Assembly: GCA_044221315.1 (NCBI GenBank)
Contig: JBGAPK010000001.1
Location: forward strand, 32,840 to 96,839
DNA length: 64,000 nt
From: Phycisphaerales bacterium
GTDB lineage: Bacteria; Planctomycetota; Phycisphaerae; Phycisphaerales; UBA1924
Reading direction: 5' to 3'
Of this stretch, positions 49,206 to 58,281 are shown piece after piece (the stretch's first letter is position 1; every line of letters begins with the position of its first letter). Under the pieces are notes generated by a model. The model was not told the origin of the DNA, searched no databases, and saw nothing but the letters and a program-made list of their open reading frames with translations. Both the position numbers and the translations under genes were made by a program.

Positions 49206-49551
49206 GGGGCCGATCGGTTTCGACCGTGCATGATCAGTTGGTCGTGGCGCGTCCAGGAGCATGCTGGCCTGGTAAAAAGTATGCACAAAATTAATTGCTA
49301 ACAGCAATTACGCTCTCGCGGCCTAATTAGGCTGCACGCTCCGTCGTCAACGCCTGCTAGGCGACGGGGCGTAAACAGCAGGCTGGCCCCGCCGCGGTGC
49401 AACCGGGCGGCGGGGTGAGAAAACTCCGGGAGCTGGACCAAAGCGGATGCTGCTGATGGCAGCCGCGCGGTCGAGATCAAATCATCAGATACACGCGTAG
49501 AGGCGATCAGTTGACTGTCGCGGCACGGGGGTTCAATTCCCCCCGGCTCCA
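49206..49551 (+). ncRNA. ssrA: tmRNA (transfer-messenger RNA)
   Basis: 5' end GGGGCCGAUCGGUUUCGAC. Tag ORF GCU AAC AGC AAU UAC GCU CUC GCG GCC UAA at 49297-49326 encodes ANSNYALAA. T-arm GGGGG-UUCAAUU-CCCCC at 49527-49543. A 7-bp acceptor stem pairs 49206-49212 with 49544-49550 and includes the G3:U pair. Discriminator A at 49551. CCA is not encoded. Confidence 0.92.
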
Positions 49552-49659
49552 TTTTGCCTTGTTTTCAGGCTTGTTTGACACCGCTCGCATCTCGTTGCCC
49601 GGAGCAGACATGGCCGATTCGCCCGCTTGCGCGCCCGCGCCGGCGGGAACGTCCGGGCA

Positions 49660-49847
49660 AGTCGATTCCGCTGGTGCATGCGCCGCATTGTGCGCCGCCA
49701 CTCCCTTCGCCGCCCCGTCGAAGAATTCATTGGGGACCCGTTGGCGTAGTGGCGTCCGCTCATGATGATTCTGTGGCCGATCCACCGGCTTGCCGCGTAC
49801 TGCGGGACGGTCTGCGCCGACTCCATCCCGCATGAGCGTCGCGAGGC
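49660..49847 (-). pseudogene. C-terminal remnant of a tyrosine recombinase/integrase (frameshifted)
   Basis: The minus strand reads ASRRSCGMESAQTVPQYAASRWIGHRIIMSGRHYA. After a -1/+1 shift it continues (Q)RVPNEFFDGAAKGVAAHNAAHAPAEST. From memory this resembles the ...LR.S..TELA..FP.HV...W(I/L)G(H/N)S..(I/V)A..HY.QVTDEHF..AA... C-terminus of integrases, including the catalytic Tyr. No N-terminal part remains. Confidence 0.3.
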
Positions 49848-50066
49848 ACAGCCGCCTGGTTCTTCCGTTGGTCGGGCGGGGTCTAGAAGCAAATGGGCGT
49901 CAAGCCCAAGGGTGAACTCCTCTCACTCGAAGTGGCGCAGTACAACCAAGCAGGTCGAATAGATTTCGTTCGGGAACTCGAACAAACGCACGGGCCTTGT
50001 GTATGCCAAGACCCGCGCGTTCGGGTAATTCGGTCTCGAGACAGCCGGCGTTGCGGCAAGCACTTC

Positions 50067-50930
50067 TCAGCGTTGCCGCCGTCCGAACGCCAATATTCCT
50101 CCGAAGCACAGGAGCGCCACCGAGCCGGGAGTCGGGACCAGGACGAAGTCTCCCGGCAACAATTCCCGGAGATTGACCTGACCGAGGCTCCAAGACAAGT
50201 CGCTGAAGATTGTCGCGCCCGAAATCTGAGGCCCGAGGAAATTGCCCGTCATCAGCGAGACTTCTCCGATTGCCAGGTTGATCTCCAGGGATGTTGCGTT
50301 CATCTGACTGAACACAAAGCTCTCGTAGCTGGGAAAACCGGTGGCAACAATCTGATCTCGCAGTGCCAGAACGTCAGGCTTGGGCACGAAGATCGAGGCA
50401 AACTCCGTTCCCGCCATCGCCGCCGAGACGGACAGCAGGGAGTTTCGGTAGCCGCCCACGACCGACACCAGGCCAAAGAATGCCTGCGATGCTGCCGCCT
50501 GTTGGGTGGCGGCGTCGGTAACGTTGCCATCCGCCAGCGCGCCGTAGTACTTTCTGAGCGACTGATCTGTGAGGCGGGATTCATCGATTATCTTGGCGGC
50601 CCAGACGATTGAGTCGTTGAGTTCATCGATTCCCCCGCCGACTCCCGAAAAGGGCGTGAAATGGACAGGCGTGATTGACGCGAGAATGCCATGATCGGGA
50701 TCGGGCAGCGTCACTGATGCGAAGAACCTGTCCCAGATTCCCATGCCGATCAGGCCAATCCCCTGGCCAATAAGAGCCCCTTGCCCGGCTGGCGTTGCAA
50801 TAGCCGCGCCACCGATACACGACGCGCCGGTGTAAAAATCTCGTGCGGCCTCCTTGTCCGCGAATGCCTGTGCGCTGGTTAGAACTGTCAGGGCCAACGC
50901 CCCACAGACGCTTTGCACTTTTACTTTCAT
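50067..50930 (-). CDS. PEP-CTERM-type secreted protein
   Basis: ATG 50930 gives MKVKVQSVCGALALTVLTSAQAFA, a signal peptide. C-terminal tail LVPTPGSVALLCFGGILAFGRRQR. Confidence 0.75.
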   Translation of the reverse strand: MKVKVQSVCGALALTVLTSAQAFADKEAARDFYTGASCIGGAAIATPAGQGALIGQGIGLIGMGIWDRFFASVTLPDPDHGILASITPVHFTPFSGVGGGIDELNDSIVWAAKIIDESRLTDQSLRKYYGALADGNVTDAATQQAAASQAFFGLVSVVGGYRNSLLSVSAAMAGTEFASIFVPKPDVLALRDQIVATGFPSYESFVFSQMNATSLEINLAIGEVSLMTGNFLGPQISGATIFSDLSWSLGQVNLRELLPGDFVLVPTPGSVALLCFGGILAFGRRQR

Positions 50931-51869
50931 GATCGATTTCCTTTCAACTTCGTAAGAGACGGTCCGAAGTCTGAGGCCGGGGAGTTCGTGGGCTGAACGG
51001 GAGTCGTCCCCCGTCAGACACTTTTCAATTCCGCGCACGAAGTGCAGCGGATTGAATTCACCGGCGATGAATTCAGACGTGGTCCCGCTGACACTGCCGC
51101 TACTGCCGCCGTGTGAGTTGCTTTTCAAACCTCCTTCGTGATTTCAGCTCACAAGTCAGGCACGCCGCGCAACAAATGCATCGAACCCACTTTGCCCGCG
51201 AACCGCACCCGTCGCCGGGCGACCGGTCTGCTGCTTCTACTCTGCCGCGAGTTCGCGGACGTGCACCCCGATTGAGCACTTTCGATAGCGAAGTCGCGGA
51301 TCAAGGAAACTTCCCTGCTGATCCCGCGCTGCAAACTGGAGAGCGGCGCGCCCTATCAGGTCGAAGCCTCCGAGGATCGAGCAGGGCACGCTCTTCTTTC
51401 TTCGATGCGAATTGACCCGCGCAACGGCGTCGAGTCTGCCGGCTTTCCCCCGCGATTCATCCGCGGCGCCGCAACTTCGGCCGGTGCATCGAACGGCCGA
51501 AGTGCGCCGGGCAGCGAAGTCCAAGCCACGATCACCTTTGCGAGTTCGGCAACGGGCGCCAGGTTCGGAGAGCCTGTTTTCGCACACGGTGCGCCGCAAC
51601 TTGCGAGGGCGGGGAGCGAGTTTTCCCTGTGGCCTATTTTGTTGCACGAGGCCGCTTGCGCCGAAGGGCCCCATGTCCCCGGACTCCATGGACCCCGAAT
51701 CCGAATGTGAGCGCCGGTTGCAACCTCCCACGGGCTTAAACGCCTCGGTTGCTTCGGCTCGGGCAGTATTCCGTTGCCGGGGCCGCCGCCGGTGGGGAAC
51801 AAGTCCGAATGCGCAGAAACGGGTGGATTTCGGCTTGTTCGATCGCCCTTCTTCTGCGACAATCGGTCG

Positions 51870-52568
51870 ATGAACCCCGCCCGCCGATTCGCGACGTTGA
51901 CCTTGCTTGCTCTGCACGGCGGGACCGCCGCTGCTCAGTCGCTGTCGGTGGTTCCACCCAACAAGTACTCCTGGGGGGAAAACGTCGGCTACTTCAACTG
52001 GGCCGACGCGGGCAGCCCGGTTGGTTCGCGGGCGGTGAAGTTCTACACCCGCCCCTCCGGCGGCTTCTTCAAGGGCATGGCCTGGGGCGAGAATATCGGC
52101 TGGGTCAACCTGGGCAAGGGTAACGGCCCGTATGTCAATTCGGACAACTCCAACTTCGGCATCAACGCCAACAGCGCGGGAGATCTCTCCGGGTACGCGT
52201 GGGCAGAAAACTTCGGGTGGGTCAACTTCGGCGGCGGCGCGCACGCGACTCCGGCGCAGCCCGCGCGGATCGACTTCGTCGCCGGCCGCCTGCGCGGCTA
52301 TGCCTGGGGCGAGAACATCGGGTGGATCAACCTCGACGATGCGAGCGTGTTCGTGGCGCTGGGCGCGGGCTGCCCGTGCGATCTGAATTACGACGGTATC
52401 GTCGAGGACGCCGATTTCTCAATCTTCTACGGCGCGTACAACACGCTCGACTGCGCCGAATCTTCGATGCCTTCGGGCTGCCCGTCCGATTTCAACGGCG
52501 ACAACATCGTGGAAGATCTGGACTTTCAGATCTTCCTTACGGCGTACAACCAACTGCTGTGCCCCTGA
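51870..52568 (+). CDS. secreted W(G/A)EN(I/V/F)GW-repeat protein with C-terminal four-Cys double dockerin-like module (copy F)
   Basis: ATG 51870 gives MNPARRFATLTLLALHGGTAAAQ, a signal peptide. Four repeats: YSWGENVGYFNW, GMAWGENIGWVNL, GYAWAENFGWVNF and GYAWGENIGWINL. The last 65 aa (nt 52371-52568) carry the module. Confidence 0.8.
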   Translation: MNPARRFATLTLLALHGGTAAAQSLSVVPPNKYSWGENVGYFNWADAGSPVGSRAVKFYTRPSGGFFKGMAWGENIGWVNLGKGNGPYVNSDNSNFGINANSAGDLSGYAWAENFGWVNFGGGAHATPAQPARIDFVAGRLRGYAWGENIGWINLDDASVFVALGAGCPCDLNYDGIVEDADFSIFYGAYNTLDCAESSMPSGCPSDFNGDNIVEDLDFQIFLTAYNQLLCP

Positions 52569-52675
52569 GCGGCTCAGTCCGTGTCAAGCGGGTTGATTGG
52601 AACCCCGTGCGCCCACTCCCCGGGCCCCCGGCGGGAGGGGACCGGTGAGTGAGCTCGAATCCGACGGATGGCCTG

Positions 52676-53011
52676 CTACTTCGCGAGACGATCGAGCGTG
52701 ATGCTGTGTCCCGACTTGGGGTCGGTGACCGTCAACTCGCCGCCGCTCAGCTTGTATGAGTAGTGACGCACGGTCTTGTCGGCGGTGAGCGTGAGCTGAT
52801 CGCCGCTGGTAGACCATGTGCCGCTCTGCACGCGTGTGTTGCCCGAGTACTTGGATTCGGCGGTAAACGTCTGGTCGCCGACGAAGGAAACGCTTCCGAA
52901 CGTGAAGGCCGACTTGTTGTCGCCGCGCCCGTTCCAGGTGCCGACGATGCCGGGCGAGGCACAACCGGTGAGGAGAAGAGCGCCGACGGTGAGAGCGATG
53001 GGAAGTTTCAT
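52676..53011 (-). CDS. small lipoprotein (lipocalin-like beta protein)
   Basis: ATG 53011 follows AAGGAG. Lipobox LLLTGC. GTWNG...G.W...GDQLTL...Y.Y.L.GGELTV is a beta-strand pattern. Confidence 0.65.
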   Translation of the reverse strand: MKLPIALTVGALLLTGCASPGIVGTWNGRGDNKSAFTFGSVSFVGDQTFTAESKYSGNTRVQSGTWSTSGDQLTLTADKTVRHYSYKLSGGELTVTDPKSGHSITLDRLAK

Positions 53012-53283
53012 GAGGACTCCTTTGAGAGAAAGCGAAGCTTCCTGGAATATATCGGAATGCGCGAATGGCATCGTTCAGAGCAAAGCGCCGCTGACGCGGA
53101 ACCAACGGTCCGATCGGGCAATTGCGCCCGAGTCGCAGGACGATCTTCGCCGCCTGCCGGGGAAACCCCGGGGCACTTGGCGAGCAGTCTGCCTGGTCCC
53201 GTCCGCACGCGGCACCAACCCAGCCCGGTCACCATCTGTGCGAAATCAAGCGACGGAACAGAGGCGTCGAATTAGAATGGACC

Positions 53284-54396
53284 ATGACCTTGCACGCCCG
53301 AATGTCCGGGGTCGACGGCCCGTACGGGTCGGGAATGGCCAGCGGCAAGAGGGCGATGAACTGCGACCCGACTCTCGGGCTGCGGGCGATGGTCGGACGG
53401 ACGCCCCTGCTCGAGATCGCGTACACCTCTCGAGGTCGGGCGCGCCGCGTCTTCGCGAAGTACGAGCAGAAGAACCTGACCGGGAGCGTGAAGGACCGGA
53501 TGGCTCTCTGGATCCTGCGCCGGGCGTATGAAGCCGGCGAGCTTCATCCCGGAGACTCCATCGCGGAAGCCACGAGCGGGAACACGGGAATTTCATTCGC
53601 GGCTCTGGGACGCGCTCTCGGACATCCCGTGCGCATCTACATGCCCGACTGGATGAGCCGCGAGAGGGTCGGGTTGATCCTCTCGCTCGGGGCGGAAGTT
53701 ATCCCGGTTTCGCGCGAGCACGGCGGATTCCCGGGGAGCATTGAACTCGCGGACCGATTCGCCCGGGAGAACAAGGGCGTGTTCCTGCCGCACCAGTTCG
53801 AGAACCCTGCAAATGCCGAAGCGCACGAACAGACGACGGGTCCGGAGATCGTCGCGCAATTGGCGTCCGCTGGGAGGAAGCCCGACGGGTTTGTAGCCGG
53901 GGTCGGGACGGGAGGCACGGTGATGGGGATCGGACGCTGTCTCCGGCGCGCGAATCCGGCGGTGCGCGTACACCCGCTCGAACCCGCGAACTCGCCGACC
54001 CTGAGCGTCGGGCACAAGGTCGGCCATCATCGCATCCAGGGAATCTCGGACGATTTCGTCCCGGCGCTGCTGCGCCTCGACGAACTCGATTCCATTGTCG
54101 CGGTCGACGACGGCGATGCGATACTCGCGGCACAGGCGCTCGGGCATGCGGGACTGGCCGTCGGAATCTCGTCGGGCGCCAATTTCCTCGGTGCGGACAA
54201 GGTTCTCGACATGCTGGGGGACGATGCGACGGTCGTGACAGTGTTTGCCGACAGCAACAAGAAGTACCTCAGCACTGATCTGGCGCGCTCCGAGCCGGTG
54301 AAAGTGGACTTTGTGTCATCGCACCTGAAGATCGCCGGCTGGAGCGCGATCGGCTGTGAACCCTGCTGTGGAATTGGCGCTTGCGCCAAGAAGTGA
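53284..54396 (+). CDS. PLP-dependent cysteine synthase family protein with Cys-rich C-terminal tail
   Basis: [11 protein letters not shown] carries the PLP-Lys. The SGNTGISFA and GVGTGGT motifs are present. An extra ~40-aa C-terminus ends in [14 protein letters not shown]. Start chosen at ATG 53284, and later in-frame ATGs exist. Confidence 0.85.
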   Translation: MTLHARMSGVDGPYGSGMASGKRAMNCDPTLGLRAMVGRTPLLEIAYTSRGRARRVFAKYEQKNLTGSVKDRMALWILRRAYEAGELHPGDSIAEATSGNTGISFAALGRALGHPVRIYMPDWMSRERVGLILSLGAEVIPVSREHGGFPGSIELADRFARENKGVFLPHQFENPANAEAHEQTTGPEIVAQLASAGRKPDGFVAGVGTGGTVMGIGRCLRRANPAVRVHPLEPANSPTLSVGHKVGHHRIQGISDDFVPALLRLDELDSIVAVDDGDAILAAQALGHAGLAVGISSGANFLGADKVLDMLGDDATVVTVFADSNKKYLSTDLARSEPVKVDFVSSHLKIAGWSAIGCEPCCGIGACAKK

Positions 54397-54524
54397 CCTC
54401 GCCCGACGCGATCGTGCATGCAGGCCGGTTGTAAATTTGCAGAACTGGGGAAAAACCCGGCTTGAGTTCCGCCAACGCTGCGGTAGCTTCAGCCTCGCGG
54501 GAAAGACTCGCAGAGGTATTGACC

Positions 54525-55706
54525 ATGCTGACCACAGGTTTCATGCTACGAATTGTGCGTTCCGCGGTTCTGTGTGCCGGTCCGTGCGCGACACTCGGAC
54601 CTTTGAGCGCGGCCCTTGCCGCGCCGCCCACCGAGGCGTACATCGTCGTCGGCCAGAACGACCTGGGCATGCACTGCATGCAGAACGACTTCTCGCAGAT
54701 GATGATCTTGCCGCCGTACAACACTTTCCGGGCGCAGATCATCCGGCGCGGGCGCGACCCTGAGATCACCACCCAGGAAGTGACGGTCGAATATCGTCTC
54801 CCCACAAACACGCATTCGTCGGACAAGACCAACTTCTGGCGGTACGCGCCGGCGCTGCTGGGGGCGAACGTGCCGCCCGACGTCGGTGTGACCGGCTCGC
54901 CGATGATCGGATTGATGAAGCTCGATACCGCGCACAAGAGCTTCATGGCCGAGGGCGTCCCCGTGACGCCGATCGACGATGACGGCAAGGAGAATCCATA
55001 TCCGCTGGCTCACATTACGGTGCGCAAGGGCGCGACGGTCATCGCTGAGACTCAGACGGTGGTGCCGGTCTCTTGGGAGATGTCCTGCAACCTTTGCCAT
55101 GCGAAAACGGGTGAGACTGTCGCTGAGAATGTGCTAAAGGCCCACGACCGATTGCACGCCACCAACCTGATCGCCCAGCAGCCCGTGATGTGCGCAGCAT
55201 GCCACAGTGACAACGCGCTCGGAGCACCCGGCACTCCGGGAGTTTCAAGCCTCTCGGCCGCGATGCACGGGGCGCACGCGCCGCGAATGTCTGCGATCAC
55301 GATCGCGAACGAGTGCTACGCCTGCCACCCGGGAATCCGCACCAACTGCCAGCGCGATGTGCACGCCGCCAAGGGAATCACCTGCACCGACTGCCATGGG
55401 TCGATGACGGCGGTCGCAAACCCCTCACGCAATCCTTGGGTGCAGGAGCCCCGCTGCGATTCGTGCCACAACAAGCCCGGCTTCCAGTTCGAGCAGCCCA
55501 ACACGCTCTTCCGCAACTCGATCGGGCACAAGGGTGTTCAGTGCATCACCTGCCACGGCAGTCCGCACTCGGTCGGTCCCGCCACAACAGCCACCGACAA
55601 TGCGCAGAGCATCCGTCTGCAGGGCAAGCCCGGCAAGATCGATACTTGCCTGGTCTGCCACACTTCCGTGCCGTCCGAGCCGTTCTTCCACGCCGTCGAG
55701 CACTAA
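54525..55706 (+). CDS. heptaheme c-type cytochrome with ~190-aa non-heme N-terminal domain
   Basis: Signal peptide. Seven CxxCH motifs (CNLCH, CAACH, CYACH, CTDCH, CDSCH, CITCH, CLVCH), all in the C-terminal ~210 aa. Confidence 0.85.
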   Translation: MLTTGFMLRIVRSAVLCAGPCATLGPLSAALAAPPTEAYIVVGQNDLGMHCMQNDFSQMMILPPYNTFRAQIIRRGRDPEITTQEVTVEYRLPTNTHSSDKTNFWRYAPALLGANVPPDVGVTGSPMIGLMKLDTAHKSFMAEGVPVTPIDDDGKENPYPLAHITVRKGATVIAETQTVVPVSWEMSCNLCHAKTGETVAENVLKAHDRLHATNLIAQQPVMCAACHSDNALGAPGTPGVSSLSAAMHGAHAPRMSAITIANECYACHPGIRTNCQRDVHAAKGITCTDCHGSMTAVANPSRNPWVQEPRCDSCHNKPGFQFEQPNTLFRNSIGHKGVQCITCHGSPHSVGPATTATDNAQSIRLQGKPGKIDTCLVCHTSVPSEPFFHAVEH

Positions 55707-55750
55707 GGCCCGTCCCGCCCCACGCCCCCCGCCCCACGCGGAGAGTTCCA

Positions 55751-56998
55751 ATGTCCGACCGCCCCACTGCTGTTCCACTCTCTTCTCCCCGGCGCCATCG
55801 GGCGGCACGATCGACGGCAATGGCCGTGACCGCCATGCTCGCGGCTCTCGCGTCGGCCGGGTCGTACACCATCATCGACCTGGGCACGCTCGCCGGCGAA
55901 TCGCACGCCTTCGCGCTGGCTCATGCCTCGGGAGGGCTGCGCATAGCCGGTTCTTCGACCGATACCACAGCACACTTCCAGGCGCTCAGGTATTCGCCTG
56001 CGCCGGTCGGCATCAGCCGGCTGCCGGGATACCAGGAAGCAACAGGCCACGCGATCGACGCAAGCGGGCGGGTCGTCGGCACGGCGTACAACCTCGGCGA
56101 CATGACCTGGCACGCGTTCTCCGATGACGGCACAAGCGTGAACGATCTGGGGGCATTTGCGGCCCGCTCGATCAACAGCGCCGGCGACATCGCGGGGACG
56201 ACGACCGTGATCACCTCTACCTTTGGCGACATCACCCTGCCCCGGGCCTGCGTCTGGCGCAGCGGCCTGATCCAGGTGCTACCGACGCTCGGCGGATCGT
56301 CCGCGCAGGCTCTCTCGATCGACGACAGCGGACGCGTGGCGGGAAGCTCGATGAACACGGGCGACCACTATTCACGTCCCTGCGTGTGGACCAATGGCGT
56401 CGCGGCCGACCCCGGGACGCTCGGCGGGAATAGCGGGCAGATCTACTCGGTTCGCGGCAACACCGCGGTCGGTGCCTCGCAACTCGCCGGAGGGCTGATG
56501 CATGCAACACTGTGGACGCTTTCGGCATCGGGAACGGCCCTTTCACGCACCGATCTTGGCGCGTTGCCGTCCACGGCTTCAAGCGTGGCACGAGCCTTTA
56601 ACGCGTCCGGAGACATCGTGGGAACTTCAGCCTTCCACGCCGTGCTTTGGCACGCCGGTATCGCCACCGATCTGAACAGCGTGGCCTCAAAGACTGGATG
56701 GGTCTTGGAAACCGCGTGGGATATCGATGACGCGGGTCGGATCGTCGGCTCGGGGTCGCTGTATGGCTTCCCGCGCGCTTTCCTGCTCGTTCCGGGGAAC
56801 TGCCCGGGGGACCTGAACGGCGATTCGCAGGTGGACGATTCCGACTTTGTGATATTCGCCGCGGCGTACGACCTGCTCGTCTGCTCTGATCCCGCTATGC
56901 CGGCCGGCTGCCCGGCCGATCTGAACTTTGATGGCACGGTCGATGATGCCGATTTTGTCTTGTTTGTCACGGCCTACAACGCGCTCGTGTGCCCATGA
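55751..56998 (+). CDS. secreted HAF-repeat protein with C-terminal four-Cys double dockerin-like module (copy G)
   Basis: ATG 55751. Hydrophobic leader AMAVTAMLAALASAGS. HAF-type repeats (ESHAF, TWHAF, RACVW, RPCVW, HATLW, FHAVLW, PRAFLL) alternate with IN(S/A)xGxIxG-like segments. The last 65 aa (nt 56801-56998) carry the module. Confidence 0.85.
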   Translation: MSDRPTAVPLSSPRRHRAARSTAMAVTAMLAALASAGSYTIIDLGTLAGESHAFALAHASGGLRIAGSSTDTTAHFQALRYSPAPVGISRLPGYQEATGHAIDASGRVVGTAYNLGDMTWHAFSDDGTSVNDLGAFAARSINSAGDIAGTTTVITSTFGDITLPRACVWRSGLIQVLPTLGGSSAQALSIDDSGRVAGSSMNTGDHYSRPCVWTNGVAADPGTLGGNSGQIYSVRGNTAVGASQLAGGLMHATLWTLSASGTALSRTDLGALPSTASSVARAFNASGDIVGTSAFHAVLWHAGIATDLNSVASKTGWVLETAWDIDDAGRIVGSGSLYGFPRAFLLVPGNCPGDLNGDSQVDDSDFVIFAAAYDLLVCSDPAMPAGCPADLNFDGTVDDADFVLFVTAYNALVCP

Positions 56999-57043
56999 GG
57001 CCGGAACGCACCGACGAGAACCGGAGACTTCTCCAAGGGATAG

Positions 57044-57655
57044 CTACGCGAAGGCCCGTGGGGCGCTCAGGTCCTCGATTGAATTGATGTTGATCAGCGC
57101 GGCAGGATTGCACGCAGCGAGCGCAACCGCGTCGGGCGGGAGCGCTGATCGCAGCGTGTACTCCCCTTGCTCAAGTCGCGAGCGTAGCACCGGCAAGGCG
57201 CCCGGCCGATAGCACCCCACGCATGGATGAACGTTCACATCGGATGCGAGCACCGCCGAAACACTCGGATTTTTGGCAAATGCGCGCAGCACGCACTCAA
57301 TCGTTTCCGAGTTGCACGAGGGCATGTCGCCCGCAAGCACAAAGACCGGGCCGTTCCAATGCGCGAGCGCGGAGATGATTCCCCCCATCGGTCCGATACC
57401 GGGATGGCCGTCCGGGATGACACCGTCGGCGAGCGCGGCCACTTCAGATGCACAATTGCCGACAACTTTGACACGCGGGCCGAAGACCGCGCGGAGCGCC
57501 CGAATCGGCCGCTCCACGAGCGGCCGTCCCTCCGGCGCCCACCGCTCCATCAACTTGTCGCGACCGAATCTCAAGCTCTTTCCGCCGACGAGCACGACCG
57601 GCTGGATCAGGGCCAGGCGTGTGGGCGAGAGATGTGTGGAACGATCGTCGGACAT
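57044..57655 (-). CDS. mobA: molybdenum cofactor guanylyltransferase
   Basis: ATG 57655. LVGGKSLRFGRDK N-terminal motif and an LAGDMP motif. About 200 aa. It lies near a molybdopterin formate dehydrogenase. Confidence 0.8.
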   Translation of the reverse strand: MSDDRSTHLSPTRLALIQPVVLVGGKSLRFGRDKLMERWAPEGRPLVERPIRALRAVFGPRVKVVGNCASEVAALADGVIPDGHPGIGPMGGIISALAHWNGPVFVLAGDMPSCNSETIECVLRAFAKNPSVSAVLASDVNVHPCVGCYRPGALPVLRSRLEQGEYTLRSALPPDAVALAACNPAALININSIEDLSAPRAFA

Positions 57656-57671
57656 CGGAACTCCGACTCGA

Positions 57672-58025
57672 TCAAACGCCCCGCACAATCTGCTCCTGGG
57701 CCCAACTCCACGCCGCGACCGTCCGAGGGAATCCGACTGTGTTCATTCCCAGAAGAATGGCCTGCTCAATCTCCTTGTGAGACGCTCCGTGCTGGAGGGC
57801 TCGCCTCACGTGGCTGCGGAGGGCCGAATCCAGACCCGCCCCTGTGCAGATTCCGATCTTGATCAATGCCAGAGTCTTGGGGTTGAGCGGACCGGACCGA
57901 TCGACAGCCTTTGCGATGCTGTCGTGCGCTTTCCCAAGTTCGGGATATCGACCCACGAATTCCCGGTAGGTCTTGGGAAGACGCTTGACCGCTTTGGACT
58001 CCGAATTCCTCTTTGCCATCGCCAA
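57672..58025 (-). CDS. carboxymuconolactone decarboxylase (AhpD-like) family protein
   Basis: 117 aa. ...LNPKTLALIKIGICTGAGLDSALRSHVRRALQHGASHKEIEQAILL... is typical of the CMD fold. Confidence 0.8.
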   Translation of the reverse strand: MAMAKRNSESKAVKRLPKTYREFVGRYPELGKAHDSIAKAVDRSGPLNPKTLALIKIGICTGAGLDSALRSHVRRALQHGASHKEIEQAILLGMNTVGFPRTVAAWSWAQEQIVRGV

Positions 58026-58281
58026 GACTCCAATTTGAGCGGCCGCTGACCAAGATAACCAGCACGATTGAGAGAAACGAGCGATTCACCTGCCATGGTG
58101 GCGCAAGCCACGCGTTTCCGCTCGCAGTCTGTTTGCAATGCTGACCTCACTCAGGGAAACGATCTGCGGTGGCACTTTTCTTGCATAACAAGAATTATTC
58201 AGGTTGAACCGGAGAGCGCCCGCGCTGCTGACAGATATTATAGACATCCAGATCATTTAATCCGCTGAAAGAGAGGTTTCG

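Noticed and set aside
43068-49307. Antisense ORFs 43068-44009, 45640-46983, 47088-48041 and 48060-49307 (all minus strand)
   Set aside because: Each is opposite a confidently identified plus-strand gene (the DUF1592-like gene, the DUF1552-like gene, glgB). The last would also run through the tmRNA promoter region.
49893-50612. 239-aa plus-strand ORF downstream of ssrA
   Set aside because: It overlaps the minus-strand PEP-CTERM gene, which has both a signal peptide and a sorting tail. The plus-frame product is Arg/Gln-rich with no features.
51024-51032. TTCAATTCC match to the tmRNA T-loop region as a possible attR
   Set aside because: Only 9 nt are identical, and it lies inside the 5' flank of a gene. 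This is far too short to call a direct repeat, so the island boundary stays undefined.
58026-58281. Possible ZTP (pfl) or THF riboswitch in the relatively AT-rich fhs leader
   Set aside because: fhs is a common riboswitch target in other phyla. I could not find the conserved cores I remember (a CCGCCUGGGC-like 3' element for ZTP, or the THF junction sequences). I found only a small GNRA hairpin, GTGGC-GCAA-GCCAC, at 58098-58111. It needs cmscan before any claim.
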